NCBI GenBank assembly: GCA_951406725.2
Contig: OX597830.1
Span: 50,406,001 to 50,470,000, forward strand
DNA length: 64,000 nt
Source: Octopus vulgaris
Taxonomy: Eukaryota
Direction: 5' to 3'
This document shows, one piece after another, positions 54,146 to 64,000 of this stretch (position 1 is the stretch's first letter; every line of letters begins with the position of its first letter). Under the pieces are notes generated by a model that saw only the letters and a program-made list of their open reading frames with translations, was not told where the DNA came from and ran no database searches. Both the position numbers and the translations under genes were made by a program.

Positions 54146-54228
54146 TGGCGAGCTGGCAGAATCGTTAGCACGCCGGGCAAAATACTTATCCGTATTTCGT
54201 CTGCCGTTACGTTCTGAGTTCAAATTCT
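54146..54228 (+). mobile_element. SINE family B head only
   Basis: GGCGAGCTGGCAGAATCGTTAGCACGCCGGGC…GTTCTGAGTTCAAATTC. Confidence 0.8.
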
Positions 54229-54249
54229 CTTCCTTTTTTTTTTCCTGAA

Positions 54250-54632
54250 GACACAGGAGTGGCTACGTGATAAGTAGTTTGCTTATCAACCATATGTTTC
54301 CAGGTTTAGTCCCACTGCGTGGCACCTTGGTCAAGTGTCTCCTACGATAACTTCGGGCCGAGCAGTGCTTTGTGAGTGGATTTAGTAGACGGAAACTAAA
54401 AGAAGCCCGTCGTATGTATGCGTGTGTGTGTATTTGTGTGTCTGTATTTGTTCCCTTACTAACGCTTGACAACCGATGCTGGCATGTCTACGTCCCTGTA
54501 ACTTAGCAGTTCAGCAAATTAGACCGATGGAATAAGTACTAGGCTTACAAAGAATAAGTGCTGAGGTCGATTTGTTCGACTAAAGGCGGTGCTCCAGCAT
54601 GGCCGCAATCAGATGACTGAAACAAATAAACA

Positions 54633-54635
<3 letters not shown>
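54250..54635 (+). mobile_element. SINE family A
   Basis: Head, body and tail match the other copies. Confidence 0.85.
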
Positions 54636-54710
<75 letters not shown>

Positions 54711-54758
54711 AATGCGCCCTTTTAAAGCCTAGTCAGGCTCATGGGCCGGGTTTCCCTG

Positions 54759-55315
<557 letters not shown>

Positions 55316-56221
55316 ATATATGTGTGTGTATGTGTGTGTTTGTGTGTGTGTGTGAGTGTGTGTGTGTGTGTACACACACATACACATACAGTTTTTATAT
55401 AGAATTCGTTGCTATTTCTAGCAAAACGGATGGTCTCGTAAACCGTCCATTGTTGCTTTTGTTGCTGTTGCTGTTTTTATTATTTCCAGAAAAGCAGTAA
55501 AAGAATAGAATTACGATGAAACATTTTTTCACATCCACCCGTCTCGTCTTTAACCCGAACACAAGTGTACCTAGGTCTATATGATCAAGTGTTGCCTTCT
55601 TCGCTGCTAACCAATTAGGTATATATTTTGAGAGGGATTTGTCTGTTATTTCTTTCAATTTTGCTGGTTCCTTTACTAGTTCATAGCGAACATCATAGAA
55701 ACACACAGAGAGAAAGAGAGAGAGAGAGACAGATAGAGAGGGGGAGAAAGAGAGAGGGGAGAGAAAGAGAGAGAAGAGAGAGGGAGAGATATATCTTCAC
55801 ATTGATTGAGGTCCCAGGTGCCACATTCCGTGGATCATATAAGAGATTACACCGTCTGCACGGCAGAAGAGAATGCATAGAATCTTGTGATCTCTAGGCT
55901 TCTTCTTTATATCTCAGAGAACCATTATTAGAAAACCTAATAAAAATGTCTATGATCTACTTCATTCTTAACTTGTTCCGGCAGTTTCGAGGGTGAATAT
56001 GTTAACGATGAATGTCGTCTTTGGAGAACACCAGTGGAATAACTTCTGTTAAAAGCGTCCATAACTTAGAGAAGACTGAAAAATTTTAGACGATGAATAT
56101 TCGTGTATAAATATATAGATATTCATATTTTAACAAAATATACAAAAATACATTCATACATCCATCCAAATATACATACATACATACATACATACATACA
56201 TACATACATACATACATGCAT

Positions 56222-56645
56222 AGGCACAGGAGTGGCTATGTGGTAAGTAGCTTGCTTACCAACCACATGGTTCCGGGTTCAGTCCCACTGCGCGGCACCT
56301 TGGGCAAGTGTCTTCTACTATAGCCACGAGCCGACCAAAGCATTGGGAGTGGATTTGGTAGCCGGAAACTGAAAGAAGCCCGACGTATATATGTATATAT
56401 GCATGCGTGTGCATATGTTTGTGTGTCTGTGTTAGTGTGTCTGTGTTTGTACCCCCCAACATCGCTTGACAACCGATGCCGGTGTGTTTACGTACCCGTA
56501 ACTTAGCGATTCGGCAATAGAGACCGATAGAATAAGTACTAGGCTTACAAAAGAATAAGTCCTGGGGTCGATTTGCTCGACTAAAGGCGGTGCTCCAGCA
56601 TGGCCGCAGTCAAATGACTGAAACAAGTAAAAGAATAAAAGAATA
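56222..56645 (+). mobile_element. SINE family A (complete)
   Basis: Head, body and tail GGCGGTGCTCCAGCATGGCCGCAGTCAAATGACTGAAACAAGTAAAAGAATAAAAGAA. Confidence 0.9.
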
Positions 56646-58294
56646 TACATACATACATTCATGTCTATATTCACGCACATGTATTCACTCGTATTATAGT
56701 TATACAATATGTTGTTTAGTGTTGGTTTGATAATATTTGTTTATTTTTCTTATTGTAGAACATTTGTATGTTTCTGGTCAGTTTGACCATTCGGCCTTTG
56801 GTGAATAGCTGTAACTGGAATCAATTTGTATTTGACAGATAAATAGAGGATTACAAGAGTCGAATTATCTACTGGATGATTATATAATCTGACAAGTATT
56901 TTAATCTCTTGGTCAGTTTATAATCGCAGGCTTAATTCTCGTGATTATCAACAGAAGAAAACAGGTTTGGGAAACCACGTTGGAATCAATAGTGTCTGGA
57001 AGCGGATTAAAGGATGTGTTAAGAGTTACAAACATGGTTTACGCGTCTTGTTGAAAATAGACACTTTAATTAGTGATGCGAAATATACAGAAAATGGAGT
57101 CTGGTGCATAACAGACAGAGAAACTTGATTTACCAGTAGATATATTTTAAAGAATTTGGCGGAACTCCCATGAGAGTAAATTTGTCAAATTTTCAACTAT
57201 TCTTCGAAATACGAAATATGAACAAGCACCAGAAATATTATTTCAATGGAATATTAGCCTTTTTCCCGCGATAAAAGGAGTGAACTTTGAATAATTAGTG
57301 AGAATTAGTCATGTTTATGGCTTTATTCAGAGACGTTATCAATTTTATTGAAGTGGAAAGAAAACTGAAATTGGTAAAATGGAGGGATTACTTTTTATCT
57401 GGTTATAAAACCGCACTCTCTTTATCAGTGAAATATAATCTTCCAGTAAGGATATTGACTCCTTCATCCTGTCCCTATCTGCGAAACACAAATTGATTGT
57501 GATCATAACTCTACCACAAAGACCATATGGTCAAGCTAGAAATTAATTACAAAGTGGCTGATGGTAGTTTTCAATCAGTACAAGGGATGTTTGTGTGATT
57601 AAAACGTTCCTTTTCAAACCACCATAGTTTTGGGTTCGGTCTAGTTACGCGCTACATTGTGCTTCTATCAAGAATTAAAGGAAAAACAAAGTTACCATAC
57701 TGGGATTTGAACTCAGAATGTAAAATGACAAATCAATTAATCCAATGTTTTACCATTCCTGCCTCTCCAAATTTTTCTTTCTCAGAAATAATGCCTACTA
57801 GACATAAGAGACGTTGAAAGAGAGGAAGGAGTATACTCAATGAGATCCCCCACCCATATATAGCTGGTAATTTATTTGAGATCAACCTCAGCAGAATTTG
57901 AACTCAGAACGTAAAGCAACATAAAAAAACTACAATATATTTTCGTCTGATGCTCCACCAGTTCTGTCAATACGCTACCAACTCGTATTTTACTAAAAAA
58001 AAAGCTGATTTCTAGCACAAGCTAAAATTATTATTATTTGCGGTGTGATGTCTACTCTGTCTCTCGTTTCAAAAATAATGCTAAGGTCAGTATCTTTCTA
58101 TTCTTGTCCTTTTCTATCCTCCTATCAGTCTACAGTGATCAGTCTGTACCCGTCTGCTAGTATTTAGCCTGTGTTAGACTGTCAATAGGATATATTTGCC
58201 ATATTGCCTCTTTACCAAGACAGGAGATCGTTCCTAACGTTGTAATTGAAGCCATCAACATCATGCTAGACCATGAGCAATTTTACTTATTTCA

Positions 58295-58680
58295 ACATTA
58301 GACTGCGGTCATGCTGGGGCACCGCTTTGAAAAAATTTTAGTCCCTATTTTTTTTTTAAACATGGTATTTATTGTATTGACATCTTTTGCCGAACCTCCT
58401 AGTTACGATTAGTTACATAAACACACCAATACCTGTTCTCAAGAGGTGAAGGTGTGCTCGACAACCAGTGTTGGGAGACAAACATAGACACAAATATACA
58501 CACACACACACGCACACACACAAATACACACACGTATACACACACACACACGTACACACGCATACGACAAGCTTTTTTAGTTTCCGACTACGAAATTCAC
58601 TCACAAAGCTTTGCTCAGCTCAAGACTATAGTAGAAAGACACTTATCCCCAAGGCGCCACGAAGTAAGACTGAATCCACA
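58295..58680 (-). mobile_element. Degenerate SINE family A
   Basis: GACTGCGGTCATGCTGGGGCACCGC (tail, reverse complement), internal (CA)n and body matches. Confidence 0.7.
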
Positions 58681-58692
58681 ACAAAGTACAAA

Positions 58693-59370
58693 GTTTACTT
58701 TAACAGCGGTAAGCGGTGTAGTTTCTGCTTCCTTGAACTTCCCTTTATCCAGGCGCCTAACAAAATTTCATAAGCGATGTTTTCTACCCCTGCCCTCATG
58801 AGCGCAGATATAGATTAGCAAATTGGTTAGCTGCATCATTGATTTAAACGTTAGCTCTTCTCCTCAATCATTTTTACAACGCCTTCTGATATATGCTCAT
58901 ACCACTGGTTGCTTTTCCAAGATCATATTTTCCTGATAATTCTGAATCTACAATTTTTGCTACGTTATCATGGTGTCGCACCTATTATTGTAGTCTCATA
59001 ATATAGTGGACCCTTGATGTGATGGCCATACAGAAATATTTAGGTACGACTAAATTTCCCTTTAGAACTATGTTCAACAGCCTCAAGCTCTCACGAATGT
59101 GAGGCTTAATGTCATAACTCTAACGGGACATGTATGGACATTGAAGGAAAATGTTGCGTATTGCGACATCATCTGCAGGATACTGGAAAAGTAAAAGGCT
59201 TACTTTAACAACAACAGGCGAAGTAGTACCTGCTTCCCTGGACCTACCGTCATCCAGGTACTTACCAAAATTTTATAAGCGGGGAGTTTTGCCTCTGCTC
59301 TCATGAGCGCAGATATAGATCAGCAAACCAGTTAGGTGCATCATAAATGCAAAAGTTGGCTCCTATCTCT
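58693..59370. repeat. Diverged ~170-bp direct repeat pair (58693-58865 and 59200-59370)
   Basis: Shared colinear blocks TTACTTTAACA, CTGCTTCC, ATCCAGG, CAAAATTT.ATAAGCG, CTCATGAGCGCAGATATAGAT.AGCAAA and GTTAG.TGCATCAT. Confidence 0.8.
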
Positions 59371-59757
59371 TAGTACTCCACCACATTATGAAGAAATAAC
59401 AGGCCTGTCTCAATCCTACAGCCAAATATGGCATATAGAAGCTTGTACTCATACATGCATGTACATCACCAGACGATTTTAAAACTGAGTAGATAATTTT
59501 GGTCCTAGTTCAAGTGACTCTGATGCTTGGGTTTCATCTGAGTGATTTTGTCCATTAATTCAATTCTCATTTCTTCCCAACAGCCTTATGACCCATAAAC
59601 CTGATGTGGCACGTTGAGGTATCCAATGCAGAAGAGCCTACGCCAAACATTTCCTTTCAAATATTTCTGAAGATTGTTGGAGTTGGTTCTGCACGTTTGG
59701 TACGAAACCAGATTGGTAGTTTGTCTGACATGAGACAATAATATAGTACGATTAGCA

Positions 59758-59793
<36 letters not shown>

Positions 59794-59844
59794 GATGTAT
59801 GTATATGAATAAACATACACATGCACAGCAAACGTATGCACATG

Positions 59845-59890
<46 letters not shown>

Positions 59891-60421
59891 AGTTTGTACA
59901 TATGTATGTGTATGTGTTTGTGTGTTTGTGCCTGTGTGTGTATATGTGTGTTTGTGTCTGTGTGTGTGTGTGTGTAGCTAGAGGAGGAACGAGAAAGAGA
60001 GGGAGATGTATGTTTGTATTAGAGACCGAGTGTTTATGCCTACTCCCACATCTAAGACTTATTAAAATTTGAATTAAATAGACCAAGATTGTAATTCTTG
60101 GATTTTCCTTAATCTTCCTCTAACATGGATTATCTTATTTATCAAAGTTCCAGTATTTACCGAAAACCAAAAATGCCATGACGAAGGAAGAAAAGAAGTC
60201 GAAGAAGAAATCGAAGGCATTTGGTCTAATGAAAGTAATAACATTAGCGGATTAACGAATCTTCTTCATTTCCTTAATTAGGTTTACGAAGAATTTAAGG
60301 AATATGTAAAAGGCAAGAAAGAATGAAGAATTCGTTTCAAAACTTATAAACTTGTTTCTTAATCAGCAGCATTTACTTGAGTGGGTATGGAGTGACTCAG
60401 AGAATGTGGAGTGAGCGCAGG

Positions 60422-60472
<51 letters not shown>

Positions 60473-60474
<2 letters not shown>

Positions 60475-61124
60475 CATTATTGGTGAATTGAAGAAATGGA
60501 GCTGAACGCAGATTGAACAGAAATCGTTTTATTTCATTCTACACGTGTTTCGAAAGGCACAAATTACCAAAATCCGATGGAATAATGGGACCATATTGTG
60601 TCTTTCTCTTCAGGAAGAAAATAGGAAATCCGTTGGAAAAACAAAAACAGAACAGAGGCGGAGCAAAAACAAATCGAACTATGCTCCTAAGAGCCCATGG
60701 CGAAACTGTTTATCAGTGTATGTTGAGAACCGGTGGCTGAAGAATTCAACGGGTCAAGCATCGGTCAATCATGTGGGTGAGGGTGCGTAGATGTTCTTTG
60801 TGACCGAGAATAAAGTTCTGACTATTTAAAGAATATTGGATGTTTTATAAGGGGCGAGAAAAAATCTACTTAGAGACGTGTGTGTGTGTATACTGTTCTA
60901 TATATGTGTGTGTTGGCGTAGGGGTAGAAAACATTTTTTGTGTACGTGTGTGCGTTTGATCGTTCGGCTGTCAGTGGCTACTGCCGTGATAACCGTTGGG
61001 TGGCAGAAAAAAAAATATATATCATGTTTTATGTGTGTGTGTGTTCATCTAAGCCTGCCTTGTCAAGGAAACCCCCCGCTGTGAAAAAACCAAGCCCCGT
61101 TTGTCTTACAGGAGTAATTCCCCT
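60473..61124 (-). repeat. pLTR / inverted-repeat left arm (652 bp)
   Basis: Reverse complement of 62249-62903; the only difference I found is an A9 versus T12 run. Confidence 0.95.
60530..60623 (-). ncRNA. Type I hammerhead ribozyme (minus strand, sense to the ORF)
   Basis: Exact reverse complement of 62753-62846. Confidence 0.82.
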
Positions 61125-61198
61125 TGCAGTGGTTAATCGTAGATATCTTAAAGGCTATTTCAGAATTTGTTACCAAGGGCTATGGGTGCCGGTATTAT

Positions 61199-62248
61199 TT
61201 ATAAACGATATTTAAAAGCCAGATAAGTGTAACGCCGCCAATGGGGGCATCGAAAAGCCGACTGTAAAAGCCCGTTTACCATCCGGCCTCTGGCAAACAA
61301 AATATGGAAGAGTTCGGAGACACAAAGGTTGCACTGCCTTCTGCCCCTATCAAATGGGAGGGCCACCGACAAAATGGACCATTCCAGCCTGTAGCTTAAG
61401 TTCGTATCCTTCAGTCGCCATATTAGCTTACTGAGTCCCGTGGTCTGGCGCTTGTTCATGTCCCGAAAAGTTGCGTAATGGTTGGAGACACGCAAAGACA
61501 ATCTTGAGGATGAGGCCCCTACATAAGTGAAGACATCTGAGTCCGTGTAAACCTTGCATTGGTAGACGGCGTTTTTGATCTTGGAGTTCGCCGACGTGAA
61601 TCTAATTCTGCTAGGATTAGTTTCTGAAATTAGAACTGCGTTCCTGTCACTATATTCGTTCCGAGACCTGCAGCCGCTTACTACTCTATTTTCCACTACG
61701 TCACTATTAACTATAGGAATAACCCCTGATTCTCCACTATCTATCAAAGTGCTGTCATTGCTACTGCCCGTGGTGCTGCTATAGCGGGAAATGATGCTGG
61801 GGATGCTATTGGGGCTCTCTACCCTACTCCCATTGTTACATTCAACCACAACACCCCTATTTATAACTATACCCCTAGTAGGTACTCCCTGGCTGGAGCT
61901 GAGATTATGTGTCACTGTACTGGCTCTCATATCATTATTACTACTATAATTATTCCTACTGAGCATTAAACCGGGAGCGGAAGAGGCTGTGCCTCCGGAA
62001 AAAGGTGATAGGGTCTTAGTGAGTAGCCTATTATTATGGGAGGCGATTATCTGGGCGAGGTTTTTAGTGTTGGAGAAAGCTATCCTAACTTTATGCGAGT
62101 TAACCGTGGAGTAATATTTGGAATTTCTGGGGAAGTTATTGGCGATGGCTTGTCTAAACATGAGGGGGAGGTTAGTTCTAATCTGCTTACCAAAGGGGAT
62201 TACAAACCATATATGCTTATTCCTATCAGTGTGATGGATCGGGACGCC
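61199..62248 (-). CDS. Penelope-like ORF C-terminus: end of RT thumb region, long linker and GIY-YIG endonuclease (5'-truncated, no stops)
   Basis: HIWFVIPFGKQIRTN…NFP…VRIAFSNTKNLAQIIASHNNRLL, then AVYQCKV…YVGASS…LRVSNH…TGLSKLIWRLKD…WSIL…CNLCVSE…MVN…RCPH. The computed start at 62272 lies inside the inverted arm and is probably not a real start. Confidence 0.88.
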   Translation of the reverse strand, partial: GVPIHHTDRNKHIWFVIPFGKQIRTNLPLMFRQAIANNFPRNSKYYSTVNSHKVRIAFSNTKNLAQIIASHNNRLLTKTLSPFSGGTASSAPGLMLSRNNYSSNNDMRASTVTHNLSSSQGVPTRGIVINRGVVVECNNGSRVESPNSIPSIISRYSSTTGSSNDSTLIDSGESGVIPIVNSDVVENRVVSGCRSRNEYSDRNAVLISETNPSRIRFTSANSKIKNAVYQCKVYTDSDVFTYVGASSSRLSLRVSNHYATFRDMNKRQTTGLSKLIWRLKDTNLSYRLEWSILSVALPFDRGRRQCNLCVSELFHILFARGRMVNGLLQSAFRCPHWRRYTYLAFKYRL

Positions 62249-62903
62249 AGGGGAATTACTCCTGTAAGACAAACGGGGCTTGGTTTTTTCACAGCGGGGG
62301 GTTTCCTTGACAAGGCAGGCTTAGATGAACACACACACACATAAAACATGATATATATTTTTTTTTTTTCTGCCACCCAACGGTTATCACGGCAGTAGCC
62401 ACTGACAGCCGAACGATCAAACGCACACACGTACACAAAAAATGTTTTCTACCCCTACGCCAACACACACATATATAGAACAGTATACACACACACACGT
62501 CTCTAAGTAGATTTTTTCTCGCCCCTTATAAAACATCCAATATTCTTTAAATAGTCAGAACTTTATTCTCGGTCACAAAGAACATCTACGCACCCTCACC
62601 CACATGATTGACCGATGCTTGACCCGTTGAATTCTTCAGCCACCGGTTCTCAACATACACTGATAAACAGTTTCGCCATGGGCTCTTAGGAGCATAGTTC
62701 GATTTGTTTTTGCTCCGCCTCTGTTCTGTTTTTGTTTTTCCAACGGATTTCCTATTTTCTTCCTGAAGAGAAAGACACAATATGGTCCCATTATTCCATC
62801 GGATTTTGGTAATTTGTGCCTTTCGAAACACGTGTAGAATGAAATAAAACGATTTCTGTTCAATCTGCGTTCAGCTCCATTTCTTCAATTCACCAATAAT
62901 GTT
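62249..62903 (+). repeat. Inverted pLTR right arm (655 bp)
   Basis: Reverse complement of 60473-61124. Confidence 0.95.
62753..62846 (+). ncRNA. Type I hammerhead ribozyme with long stem II
   Basis: Stem I TATTTTCTTC/GAATGAAATA; core CTGAAGA (62763-62769); stem II GAAAGACACAA…TTGTGCCTTTC; GAAA (62825-62828); palindromic stem III ACACGTGT; GUA cleavage triplet (after A62836). Confidence 0.82.
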
Positions 62904-63053
62904 CTAATTTCAATTATCCGCACCAACGCACGGTTGCAACACCATATGGTTGTACCTCCAACCGTGCTGTTTTACTGCTGTGATTTTTGCTACTAAGGTA
63001 TCGGTTAAACTTTTGATTAATCTACTACAAGATTATTCATCTTTCTATTTCAC

Positions 63054-63095
<42 letters not shown>

Positions 63096-63101
63096 AAGGA
63101 T

Positions 63102-63648
63102 AAAGACCCCCTTCAGTCATGAATGACCATGGGATTGCACCTAGAAAGTTACCCTCCTAGACACAAGTCCGGGCAAGGTTGTTTATGGAAGACCAGCAGT
63201 TGCCCATGCATACCAGCCTCCCTCTCCACGCCACCAGTGTTATCCAAGAGAAAGACAAAGGTCGATACAGCTTGGCACCAGTGACGTCGCAACTCATTTC
63301 TACAGTTGAGTGAACTGGAGCAACGTGAAATAAAGTGCCTTGCTCAAGAACACAACACGCAGCCCGGTCCGGAAAGACCCCCTTCGGTCATTAATGACCA
63401 TGGGATTGCACCTAGAAAGTTACCCTCCTAGACACAAGTCCGGGCAAGGTTGTTTATGGAAGACCAGCAGTCGCCCATGCATACCAGCCTCCCTCCCCAC
63501 GCCACCAGTGTTATCCAAGAGAAAGACAAAGGTCGATACAGCTTGGCACCAGTGACGTCGCAACTCATTTCTACAGCTGAGTGAACTGGAGCAACGTGAA
63601 ATAAAGTGCCTTGCTCAAGAACACAACACGCAGCCCGATCCGGGATTC
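63102..63648 (-). mobile_element. SINE family D, tandem pair of 271-bp units, both truncated in the tRNA head
   Basis: 63102-63372 and 63373-63648 are nearly identical; minus strand has GTGTTCTTGAGCAAGGCACTT (CORE/V-like central motif); flanked by (TA)n. Confidence 0.82.
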
Positions 63649-63684
<36 letters not shown>

Positions 63685-63697
63685 GTATATATAAAAG

Positions 63698-63925
63698 GCG
63701 GCGAGCTGGCAGACACGTTAGAACACCGGGCGAAATGCTTAGCGGTATTTCGTCTGTCGTTACGTTCTGAGTTCACATTCCGCCGAGGTTGACTTTGCCT
63801 TTCATCCTTTCGGAGTCGATAAATAAAGTACCAGTTTCGCACTGAAGGCGATGTAATCGACTTAGTCCCTTTGTCTGTCCTTGTTTGTTCCCTCTATGTT
63901 TAGCCCATTGTGAGCAATAAAGAAA
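63698..63925 (+). mobile_element. SINE family B (complete)
   Basis: GGCGGCGAGCTGGCAGA…CTTTGCCTTTCATCCTTTCGGAGTCGATAAATAAAGTACCAG…GAGCAATAAAGAAAA. Confidence 0.9.
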
Positions 63926-63934
63926 AAAAAAATA

Positions 63935-63994
<60 letters not shown>

Positions 63995-64000
63995 ATCCAA

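Larger units (their letters stand above)
60473..63056 (-). mobile_element. Young 5'-truncated Penelope-like retroelement (Naiad-like GIY-YIG) with an inverted pLTR, inserted in (TA)n
   Basis: Inverted arms 60473-61124 and 62249-62903, a GIY-YIG frame between them, a hammerhead in each arm, a 153-nt extension at 62904-63056, and (TA)n on both sides. Confidence 0.9.

Noticed and set aside
60513-61215. Short ORFs duplicated in the two inverted arms
   Set aside because: They are incidental frames, identical only because the arms are identical; no domain similarity.
62560-62700. SECIS element in the pLTR (some Naiad elements encode selenoproteins)
   Set aside because: ATGA…TGAT is present but I found no correctly spaced apical AA or convincing helix, and the visible ORF has no in-frame TGA; a SECIS search would be needed.
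60473-62903. DNA transposon with 650-bp TIRs
   Set aside because: The enclosed protein is a Penelope-type GIY-YIG, not a DDE transposase; the arms hold hammerheads and the structure is asymmetric, fitting an inverted pLTR.

Overview
AT-rich, microsatellite-saturated eukaryotic non-coding DNA. The SINE families and simple-repeat landscape look like an octopus/cephalopod genome (my recognition, not verified by a search). I found no host protein-coding gene; nearly all listed ORFs are microsatellite translations. The window is mostly mobile-element remains: two mariner remnants, a complete but decayed DD37D (maT-type) Tc1/mariner element, a 5'-truncated CR1-like LINE, several R4/Dong LINE pieces (most inside (TAA)n runs), RTE and Tx1-like 3' ends, a non-autonomous Helitron, MITE-like hairpins and about four SINE families. 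It also holds two Penelope-like (GIY-YIG) retroelements. The most striking structure is at 60.5-63.1 kb: an uninterrupted GIY-YIG endonuclease frame with an unusual ~140-aa Ser/Asn-rich linker, between two ~650-bp essentially identical inverted repeats. Each repeat holds a complete hammerhead ribozyme with a very long stem II, and the unit sits in a (TA)n microsatellite. Two miniature hairpin-plus-tail inserts in other (TA)n runs share this layout. Other notable items are SINE/LINE 3'-tail sharing with a covarying hairpin, a MITE whose TIRs carry octamer+CCAAT motifs, and palindromic SINE units.
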